From contig JBBDHW010000027.1 in assembly GCA_040880805.1 (NCBI GenBank), forward strand, positions 28,737 to 92,736: DNA of 64,000 bases, read 5' to 3'. Position numbers and translations under genes: made by a program. The notes below the pieces were generated by a model. That model worked only from the letters and a program-made list of their open reading frames with translations. It had not been told where the DNA came from and searched no databases. The DNA is from Acidimicrobiia bacterium (GTDB lineage Bacteria; Actinomycetota; Acidimicrobiia; IMCC26256; DASPTH01). Positions 46,863-53,924 of the stretch are shown here, in pieces (within the stretch, counting starts at the first letter, position 1; each line of letters starts with the position of its first letter).

Positions 46863-47816
46863 CTACCTCCTGCCCGTGATCGTGATCGTGACCGCTTGCC
46901 GTTCAGCCACGGAGGCGGCTGCGGCCTTCTCGCGCAGGCGGCAGAACGCGCACACGTCGCCCGGTGTGGGCGCGCCACACACGGAGCACGCGCGCAACGC
47001 CTCGCGCTCCACGTTGGCATCAGGCGCGAAGCGTTCGTGGCCGCGCTCGAGGAACCCGAAGAGGAACGCGGCCTTCGTGCCGGGCGAGGAACTCTCGAGT
47101 GTGTTCAGCACGTCTTTGAACCCGAGGTGACGGTTACCGGCCGCCATCGGGCACTCCTCGACCTGATAGTCGATCCGGCGCAGCACGCAATACGCCGCGG
47201 TTTCGCGCTCGCCGAGCCGCACGAGCGGCTTCACCTTGCGCACGAAGCCGGGCGCGGCCGGCAGGATCGGATACTGACGGCCGAGGTACGCGGTGTCCCA
47301 ACGCAACACGTTGCCGAGCAGCACCGCGGCCTCGTCGTCGAGGTTGTGCCCGGTGGCGACGACGTCGTAGCCGTTGTCGAGCGCGGCCGAGTTGAACAGA
47401 TGGCGCTTCGAGAGCCCGCACGCGCCGCATGGTGCGCGCCGGGTGGCCGCCGCGGCGCCGGGAATGTCGTAGCCGTAGTCGCGCGCGAGGTCGATCTCGA
47501 TGAGCGGCCGACCGACGGCGCGCGCGTGCTCACGCGCGTAGGTGGTCGATTCGTCGGAGTACTCGCCGATACCGAGGCCGAGATAGAGGCCGTCGGCCGC
47601 ATAGCCGAGCCGGAGGAGGAGGTCCCACAGCGCGAGCGAGTCCTTGCCGCCCGACACCGCGACGAGCACGCGCTCCCCCGACGTGAGCATTCCGTGGGCG
47701 TCGATCGCACGCCGCACCTGCTCCTCGCAGTGGTGGAGGAAGTGATCGCGGCAGAACGCGGCATTGTGGCGGCGCACGTCGACGACTGCCGGCTCGCGGC
47801 ACACGCGGCACTTCAT
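46863..47816 (-). CDS. ttuA: tRNA-5-methyluridine(54) 2-sulfurtransferase (TtuA-type PP-loop ATPase)
   Basis: N-terminal CxxC...CxxH zinc finger, PP-loop 'VLVAVSGGKDSLALWDLL', 'CGACGLSKRH', 'VATGHNLDDEAAVLLGNVL', C-terminal 'CSVCGAPTPGDVCAFC'. Close to my recollection of Thermus TtuA. Confidence 0.85.
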   Translation of the reverse strand: MKCRVCREPAVVDVRRHNAAFCRDHFLHHCEEQVRRAIDAHGMLTSGERVLVAVSGGKDSLALWDLLLRLGYAADGLYLGLGIGEYSDESTTYAREHARAVGRPLIEIDLARDYGYDIPGAAAATRRAPCGACGLSKRHLFNSAALDNGYDVVATGHNLDDEAAVLLGNVLRWDTAYLGRQYPILPAAPGFVRKVKPLVRLGERETAAYCVLRRIDYQVEECPMAAGNRHLGFKDVLNTLESSSPGTKAAFLFGFLERGHERFAPDANVEREALRACSVCGAPTPGDVCAFCRLREKAAAASVAERQAVTITITGRR

Positions 47817-48022
47817 TCGAAGCCCCCGGAGCCCCCGGAGATCACCGGGCGTATCTCGACCGCGGCCTCGTCGTCGATGCGGATGTCGCGGGTGACGAGC
47901 TCGTCACCGACGATCACGAGCACCGATTCGGGGTTGAGCTCGAAGTGCTCGAGGAGCCGGGCAACTGTCATGGGCCCGCGCAACTCGACCTCGCGGCGCG
48001 GGTTGCGCAGCAGCACCTTCAC
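47813..48022 (-). CDS. ttuB: TtuB-like ubiquitin-fold sulfur carrier (ThiS/MoaD family) with a C-terminal extension beyond the di-glycine
   Basis: 69 aa: 'MKVLLRNPRREVELRG...LNPESVLVIVGDELVTRD..IDDEAAVEIRPVISGG-SGGFE'. The stop overlaps the ttuA start (ATGA). It resembles Thermus TtuB, which ends ...ISGG. Confidence 0.75.
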   Translation of the reverse strand: MKVLLRNPRREVELRGPMTVARLLEHFELNPESVLVIVGDELVTRDIRIDDEAAVEIRPVISGGSGGFE

Positions 48023-48061
48023 CGAAGACGACCTCTTGGCACTGAAACCAGGCTACCGGCC

Positions 48062-48150
48062 GAGTTTCCCGCTCTCGGCGGCTGCGCCGCCGGGCCGCTT
48101 GGGCCACGCCTCGCTGCGCCGCAGGGTACCTGCGGCGCGGACGCCCGGCT
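48062..48150 (-). repeat. Three-hairpin GC-rich intergenic repeat, copy D
   Basis: Minus-strand reading: GCGCCGCAGG-tac-CCTGCGGCGC agcgaggcg TGGCC-caagc-GGCCC GGCGGC-gca-GCCGCC gagagcgggaaa. It starts right after the upstream stop codon and ends about 40 nt before the ttuB-like GTG. Confidence 0.85.
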
Positions 48151-48432
48151 CTACTTTGCGCGCGGAATCTCGCGAATCTCGATGCCCTCACCGGGCCGGA
48201 GTTTCACGCGGAATACCTCGGGCTTGGCTGTCACCACGCGCTGGAGCAGTCGCAGTCCCTGCGCGGCGGCCGCGACGTAGAGCCAGCCGCGGGAACCGCT
48301 CCGCATCCCGCGCCGGAGCGCCGTGGTCGCGACTCGCGAGGTGACCCGGGCGGACCATCCGCGACGGAAGATATGGGCGGCTTCGGCGGCAGCACCGGCG
48401 GCGATCAAGTAGTCGCGGTTCGAGCGGGCCAT
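48151..48432 (-). CDS. Small hypothetical protein, third gene of the holin-like triad
   Basis: 93 aa. The ATG shares one nt with the upstream stop (TGATG). Arg-rich with an amphipathic/TM-like middle. Confidence 0.4.
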   Translation of the reverse strand: MARSNRDYLIAAGAAAEAAHIFRRGWSARVTSRVATTALRRGMRSGSRGWLYVAAAAQGLRLLQRVVTAKPEVFRVKLRPGEGIEIREIPRAK

Positions 48433-48656
48433 CAGATCCGCCGTACCTCGACGATCGTGCTGCGCTTCCGGCCGCGGCGTCGCCCGACCAGGAAGGCAAC
48501 GACGACGACACCGACCCCGAGAATGACGAGCGCCGGCTTCGCGGCCCCTCGTGCCACTTCCGTCGTGGTGTCGGTGAGCCCGCGGATCTCTTGGAGCTTG
48601 GCCTCGATGTCGGCGCGCGTCACCGTGGACTGTCCGTTTCCGGTCGCGACTGTCAT
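48432..48656 (-). CDS. Small membrane protein, DUF3618-like
   Basis: ATG 48656 overlaps the upstream stop (ATGA) and RBS aaggagg is present. 'TRADIEAKLQEIRGLTD' is followed by TM 'ALVILGVGVVVVAFLVG'. Confidence 0.5.
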   Translation of the reverse strand: MTVATGNGQSTVTRADIEAKLQEIRGLTDTTTEVARGAAKPALVILGVGVVVVAFLVGRRRGRKRSTIVEVRRI

Positions 48657-49033
48657 CGTGCCTCCTTCTCGGCGCGTGAAGCGGTGCGCAACAGCCACAC
48701 CGACGCTCCCCCGAGGATCAACGCGACCACCATGATCACGTAGGGCACCCACGACCAGTCGTCGGAAAAGGTGCCGTTGGTCTCGGTCTGGAGCGCGCGC
48801 AGGCCCGACAGGGCGAGGAACACCACACCGAAGCCGAGCAGGAGCGACCCGAGCAGCCCGAATCCGACGTAGCGACCGAGCTGCTTCAGCGGGACGAGCG
48901 TCTGTTGCTTGACGTAGGTGACAACCAGGTCGCGGAGCTCGGTGACGAGCTGCGGGAGCGGCGGCGGCCGCCGGTTGCCACTCGCGCCGGTGCGGGCCGG
49001 CTCGGTCGGGCTCGCGCTCGGATCAGGATCCAT
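48653..49033 (-). CDS. Phage-holin-family-like (actinobacterial holin-X type) membrane protein
   Basis: 'LVTELRDLVVTYVKQQTLVPLKQLGRYVGFGLLGSLLLGFGVVFLALSGL' plus a second TM. RBS gaggag precedes the ATG. Confidence 0.5.
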   Translation of the reverse strand: MDPDPSASPTEPARTGASGNRRPPPLPQLVTELRDLVVTYVKQQTLVPLKQLGRYVGFGLLGSLLLGFGVVFLALSGLRALQTETNGTFSDDWSWVPYVIMVVALILGGASVWLLRTASRAEKEAR

Positions 49034-49075
49034 CGGGGCTCCTCGTTCGGTCGGGGATCATCGCCCGCCACCGCG

Positions 49076-49118
49076 CCCGATGCAAGGACCCGATGCGAGG
49101 AGACCCGATGCAAGGAGA
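49076..49118. repeat. Three direct repeats CCCGATGC(A/G)AGGA(GA) with 13/15-bp period
   Basis: Read directly: cccgatgcaagga cccgatgcgaggaga cccgatgcaaggaga. They lie 43-85 nt upstream of the holin-like gene start. On the minus strand each unit reads (TC)TCCT(T/C)GCATCGGG. Confidence 0.85.
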
Positions 49119-49138
49119 AAGGTGCACGGAGCGGCGCC

Positions 49139-50530
49139 TCACCCTGCGGGCCCGGGAACGAGCTCGTCGGCCGTCGGGGCATCGGGATAGGTCGCGATGA
49201 GGGTGGCGGCATGGGCGCGCAGTCCCGCCGCCTTGCTCTCGGAGAAGTCCCCGTTGTCGAGGAACGCGAAACGCAACGACCGCCCGAGATCGACCATGCC
49301 GAGGAGCCCGCTGACGCCGTCGAGCGAGCCGGTCTTGCCGCGCATCTTCCCCGCAAGCGGTGTGTCGCCCAACTGGTCGAACAGCGTGCCGTTCCGTCCG
49401 GCCACGGGGAGCCCGTCCCAGAGCGCCCGCATCCCCGGCTGGTCACCGAGACCGAGCGTGGCAACGAGGATCCGGCACGTCACCCGGTTGTCGCGGTCGA
49501 GACCGGAGCCGTCGGTGAGGCTGAGGCCGTCCTCCGGCACCCCGAGCTCGGACAGCTTGGCGGCGGTCGCCGCCGTCCCGGCCGCGGTCGAGCCCTGCTG
49601 CCCCGGACGCACGCCGAGCTCCTTCGCGAACAGCTCGGCGCTCAGGTTGTCGCTCGAGCTGAGCATCGAGCTCACGACCGCGCGCAGCGGTTCGGAGTTG
49701 ACCTTCGCCACCGGGGTCGCGTCCGCCGGTGCGTTCCCGCGCGTGGGTGCGCCCACCTGCACGCCGCGCGCGGCGAGCAGCCGGGTGAGCTCGCTGGCCG
49801 CGTACGCGGCCGGGTCGGTGACCGCGACCTTCCGCGGCGTCCACGTGCGGAAGCCGTCGTTCACGGTGAGCGCGCCGAGCGGGCCGACGTCACCGTCGGT
49901 GCGATACGAGTCTTTCCACGTCGGGACGTAGCGCTGGTCGTCGTAGCGCGAGTCGTCGGCGACGATCCCACCCGGGATCTGCTTCACTCCCGCGTCGACG
50001 ATGCCGTCGGCGAGCGCCTCGAGGCTCGTGGTGACGTCGCCCTTTGTCTTGTCCTGCGTCTGGAGGAAGTCGCGGTACTCGTTCGTCGCGAGCACCGGGT
50101 CCCCGCTCCCGACCAGCCACACGTGGTCGACCGATCCGTCGGCCGGCGCAGCCGGTGCGACCACTTTCGTCTCGTAGGTGAAGTCGGGCCCGAACGTGGC
50201 GAGCATCGCCGCCGCGACGAGCACCTTCTGTGTCGACGCGCCGATGAACGGGGCGTCGGCGTTGTGGCTGGCGAGCTCGGCGCCGCTGCCGTCGACCAGG
50301 AAGCACGTTCCGTCGCCGCCGATCTCGGAGTCGAGCACGCGCTGGAGTCGTTGCGCGCCGACCGCGTCGACCAGTGGTTGCGGGACGCGCCGAGCCGACC
50401 AGAGCGGTGTGGTGGCTGCGGCCGGCGGAGTTGCGCTGCCCGCTTCGTCGCCGTCGGCGAACGCGAAGACGACGGCCAGGACGGCGCCGATCGCGAACAC
50501 CGCGGCCATGATGCGCTGCCCAATACTCAT
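49139..50530 (-). CDS. dacB: D-alanyl-D-alanine carboxypeptidase/endopeptidase (PBP4, peptidase S13)
   Basis: 'GASTQKV' (SxxK), 'SSSDNLSAELFAKELG' (SxN), 'GKTGSL' (KTG). N-terminal TM/signal from ATG 50530. Confidence 0.85.
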   Translation of the reverse strand: MSIGQRIMAAVFAIGAVLAVVFAFADGDEAGSATPPAAATTPLWSARRVPQPLVDAVGAQRLQRVLDSEIGGDGTCFLVDGSGAELASHNADAPFIGASTQKVLVAAAMLATFGPDFTYETKVVAPAAPADGSVDHVWLVGSGDPVLATNEYRDFLQTQDKTKGDVTTSLEALADGIVDAGVKQIPGGIVADDSRYDDQRYVPTWKDSYRTDGDVGPLGALTVNDGFRTWTPRKVAVTDPAAYAASELTRLLAARGVQVGAPTRGNAPADATPVAKVNSEPLRAVVSSMLSSSDNLSAELFAKELGVRPGQQGSTAAGTAATAAKLSELGVPEDGLSLTDGSGLDRDNRVTCRILVATLGLGDQPGMRALWDGLPVAGRNGTLFDQLGDTPLAGKMRGKTGSLDGVSGLLGMVDLGRSLRFAFLDNGDFSESKAAGLRAHAATLIATYPDAPTADELVPGPAG

Positions 50531-50555
50531 GATTTGGTGCTCATAATTTGGCACT

Positions 50556-52031
50556 TCATAGTTGGCCCCGCCGTTGTAAGAAGCGCGCGCGCCGCCAGAG
50601 GTGCTCGAGCGCGGTGACGGCACGACTGGCAGACCAGTAGCAGAGCTTCCCCGTGTCACGGACCGTTCGGGGCCCCGGGTTGTCGGGGTCGGTGGCAGCG
50701 AGCTCGGTTGCCACGAGGACGGGCTTGCCCGAAGCGGCGGAGACCGCGGCCGCGACCTGCGCGTACCGCGCGTCCTGACGCTCGTGGAACTCGATGATGC
50801 GCTCGAGGCCGTGTCCCGACGAGAACTGGCCGCTGCGCATGAGCTTCGCCTGGTTCGACTGCACCCCGGACCCGAGGAAGATCACCGCGTGAACCGCGGG
50901 GTGCTTCCCGAGCAGCTCGAGCACGTCCGGGATCGTGTCGCGGCTCTCGGACGCCGCGAGATCGATCGGGTTGCCGTGGCTCCATCGCGGCGGGAGCAGC
51001 GCGTCGATCGCGGCGCGCAGGTCGTCGGGCAACGTGAGCAGTGAGAGCTCCGAGCGGACGAGCGAATCGGCGGTGAGCACGCCCCAACCGCCGGCGGTGG
51101 TGAGCACCGCGACGTTGGGCCCGCGCGGGAGCGGCTGGGTCGCGAAGGTGGCTGCGGCGTCGAACGCCTCCTCGACGGTCGCCGCGAGGTTCACGCCCGC
51201 TTGCCGGCACATGCCCGAGAAGATGCGCTCGTTGCTCGCGAGCGCGCCGGTGTGTGACGCCGCGGCCCGTCGCCCCCCGGCGGTCGCTCCGCCCTGCACG
51301 AGGACCAGCGGCTGTTCGCGCGCGGCGCGGCGAAGCGCCTCGAAGAGCGCGCGGCCGTCGCGCACGCCTTCGAGGTACGCGAGTCCCACATCGGTCGCGG
51401 GATCGGCTGCGAAGAACTCGAGATAGTCGGCGATGCCGACCACGGCGGCGTTTCCCGCGGATACCGCACGGCTCACGCCGATGCCGCTCCGGATCGCGAG
51501 GTTCTCGAAACTCGACACGATGTTCCCCGACTGGCTGGCGATGCCGATGCGGCCGGGTGGTGGGTACGGGGCGACCATCTGCGCGCAGAGTGACGACGGC
51601 GTGGACACGATCCCCTGCCCGTTGGGCCCGGCGAGCAGGATCCCGACTTCCTCGGCTACCGACGCGAGCTCGGCTTCGGCGCGGCGGCCCTCGTCACCGG
51701 TTTCGGCGTAGCCGCTCGTCATCACGAACGCCGCACGTACCCCTTTGCGCGCGCACGCGCGCAGCAGCTCGGCGTTGGCGCCGATCGGCGTGCACACGAA
51801 CACGAGGTCGGCGACGCCGTCGGGGATGCAGTCGACGCCGGTGTGCGCGGTGACGCCGAGGATCTCGCCGCCTTCCCTGTTGGTCGCGAAGACGCGGCCC
51901 CGGTATGCGTGTCGGAGAATGTTGTGCAGAACGACAAAGCCGAACTTGCCCGGGTGTGACGACGCGCCCGCGACGATCACGCCCCCGGGGTCGAACAACG
52001 CCGCGAACGCACTGGCGTCGCGCGCGCTCAC
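50556..52031 (-). CDS. ADP-forming acyl-CoA synthetase, CoA-binding/ligase (alpha-type) subunit
   Basis: 'GGVIVAGASSHPGKFGFVVLHNI' (CoA-binding Rossmann), 'ASQSGN', 'GGRRAAASHTGALA' (phospho-His loop). Confidence 0.8.
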   Translation of the reverse strand: MSARDASAFAALFDPGGVIVAGASSHPGKFGFVVLHNILRHAYRGRVFATNREGGEILGVTAHTGVDCIPDGVADLVFVCTPIGANAELLRACARKGVRAAFVMTSGYAETGDEGRRAEAELASVAEEVGILLAGPNGQGIVSTPSSLCAQMVAPYPPPGRIGIASQSGNIVSSFENLAIRSGIGVSRAVSAGNAAVVGIADYLEFFAADPATDVGLAYLEGVRDGRALFEALRRAAREQPLVLVQGGATAGGRRAAASHTGALASNERIFSGMCRQAGVNLAATVEEAFDAAATFATQPLPRGPNVAVLTTAGGWGVLTADSLVRSELSLLTLPDDLRAAIDALLPPRWSHGNPIDLAASESRDTIPDVLELLGKHPAVHAVIFLGSGVQSNQAKLMRSGQFSSGHGLERIIEFHERQDARYAQVAAAVSAASGKPVLVATELAATDPDNPGPRTVRDTGKLCYWSASRAVTALEHLWRRARFLQRRGQL

Positions 52032-52723
52032 GTCGTCTCGACGAGCGCGTCGACCGCGATCGGTGCGCCGTCCTCGACGACGAGCGGGTTGATGTCGACG
52101 GACACGACGTTCGGTTCGGCGTCGGCGAGACGCGACAGCGCGAGCAGCACGTCGACGAGCGCGGCGCGGTCGACCGCGGGCTCCCCGCGGACGGGACCGA
52201 GCAGCTCCTGGCAGCGCAGCTCGTCGAGCATCTCGGCCGCGTCGGTCGCGTCGAGGGGCGCGAGCCGGAACACGACGTCGCCGAGGGCAACGGTGAGGAC
52301 ACCGCCGACGCCCACCATCACACAGCGGCCGAACTGCGGGTCGGTGTGGAGGCCGGCCACGAGCTCGCGCGCGCCGGAGACCATGTGCGCGACGAGCAGG
52401 TCGACGTCGCCGTCGTCCGGTTGCGCGGCGTCGAGCAGCGCGACCGCCGCCGCGTGGACCGCGCCGGCGTCGGCGAGGCCGAGCCGCACGAGGTCGCGCT
52501 CGGTCTTGTGCGCGAGGTGCGGGCTGTTCAGCTTCACCACCACCGGGTATCCGACCTCGCCCGATGCCACGACCGCGTCGTCGGGCGTGCGCACCCGGCG
52601 CGATTCGGCCGTCGGCACCCCGTGTCGAGCGACGAGCTGGGCCGAGTCGGCCTCGGAGAGCGTGTGCGTGGCGGCCACGGGACTGAGCAGTCTACGGCCA
52701 CCGGTTCGGCCGGCTCCCGTCAC
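52028..52723 (-). CDS. ADP-forming acyl-CoA synthetase, ATP-grasp (beta-type) subunit
   Basis: 'LSEADSAQLVARHGVPTAE...GYPVVVKL.SP.LAHKTE...VSVDINPLVV' (ATP-grasp_5-like). GTGA overlap with the upstream GT2 gene and 4-nt overlap with the downstream subunit. Confidence 0.75.
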   Translation of the reverse strand: MTGAGRTGGRRLLSPVAATHTLSEADSAQLVARHGVPTAESRRVRTPDDAVVASGEVGYPVVVKLNSPHLAHKTERDLVRLGLADAGAVHAAAVALLDAAQPDDGDVDLLVAHMVSGARELVAGLHTDPQFGRCVMVGVGGVLTVALGDVVFRLAPLDATDAAEMLDELRCQELLGPVRGEPAVDRAALVDVLLALSRLADAEPNVVSVDINPLVVEDGAPIAVDALVETT

Positions 52724-53757
52724 TCATGGGACCCGACAGTCATCCAGCTTGGCTCGTGCACGAGACGAGGCGGTCGTGCGCGAGCCAGCGACGCCCGGTG
52801 CCGCTCGAGGACACGTCGCTGAGCGAGACGATCGATGACGTCGACGATCCGGTGCGCCGTGGCGCCGGGGATACGGTTCAGTGGCGAGACGTAGGGGCGG
52901 TAAGCGTAGCGGCGGTGCAGTTGGTGCCAGTCGGAGCGGTTCGCCACGGTTGGATCGTCCCGGGCGAGCGCCCATTTCTCGGAGAATTGGCGGAGGCTGG
53001 TCTCTGTCCAGGCGTCGCACCAGCGGAGGATCCAGTACTGCCGGTCGTGCCGCGACACGAAGCGCGGGACGATGTAGGTCACCCGTGCGCTGGGCTCGAA
53101 CCACACCTCGCCGCCGGCCACCCGAACCTGCATGCACAGGTCGCAGTGCTCGAGCGTCGATTGCAGCCGCTCGTCGAGCGGCCCCAGTCGCTCGAACACC
53201 TCGCGGCGCACGAGCAGGCAGTGGAACTCCCCCTCCTCGGTCTGGGTCCGTTCGAGCGCGAGCGCCTCTGTAGGGTCCAGATCCTGGTAGCCGTGGCTCT
53301 CGACGAACCACTGCCGTTGCGCATCGACGTGGGCGTCACCGCCGGCGTGGTGGATCAGCTGTGTGCCCGGCGCGCCTGCGAGGTACAGGGGGCTCACGAC
53401 CCAGGCGCCGGTCTCGCGCGCACAGCGCTCGAGCGCGTCGAGCCAGCCGGGTTCCACGACAATGTCATTGTCGACGAACGCCACGAACTCAGTGTCCACG
53501 TACCCAAGCGCGAGGTTGCGCGCCTCGTTCGGCGTGAGGAAGTGATCGGTGCGCACGACTGCAACGTCGTGCGCTCGCGCGAGGCGCGCCAACTCGTCTG
53601 CCACGGGCGATGCCGAGCCTGCGTCGATGCAGACGATGCGTGTTCCTGGTCTGGCGTCGGCGGTCAAGCTCGCGAGTGCACGCCGGGTGTGGCTCAGGGT
53701 CTGGCGGGGCACGACCACGATCGTGGATGCCGGAGGCGTGTCGGAAGGGAGTGCCAT
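52720..53757 (-). CDS. Family 2 glycosyltransferase
   Basis: ATG 53757 with RBS aggaggg. 'IVVVPRQTLSHTRRALASL...VCIDAGS...NEARNLALGYVDTEFVAFVDNDIVVEPGWL' (DxD). Confidence 0.75.
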   Translation of the reverse strand: MALPSDTPPASTIVVVPRQTLSHTRRALASLTADARPGTRIVCIDAGSASPVADELARLARAHDVAVVRTDHFLTPNEARNLALGYVDTEFVAFVDNDIVVEPGWLDALERCARETGAWVVSPLYLAGAPGTQLIHHAGGDAHVDAQRQWFVESHGYQDLDPTEALALERTQTEEGEFHCLLVRREVFERLGPLDERLQSTLEHCDLCMQVRVAGGEVWFEPSARVTYIVPRFVSRHDRQYWILRWCDAWTETSLRQFSEKWALARDDPTVANRSDWHQLHRRYAYRPYVSPLNRIPGATAHRIVDVIDRLAQRRVLERHRASLARARPPRLVHEPSWMTVGSHE

Positions 53758-53924
53758 GTCTTCGCGCCCTCCTGCGCACGCATCCGTCCCCTGCCGTCCG
53801 ACCGTCGTGGCCTTCAGGCGGAGTGTTGCCCACGGGTCTATCTTTCGGAACGAGCAGCTCGGCACCGACGTTACTGGGTCGGTGCTCGGGCACTGACTGG
53901 CTGTCGCCGACCGGTGGGGGCGTG

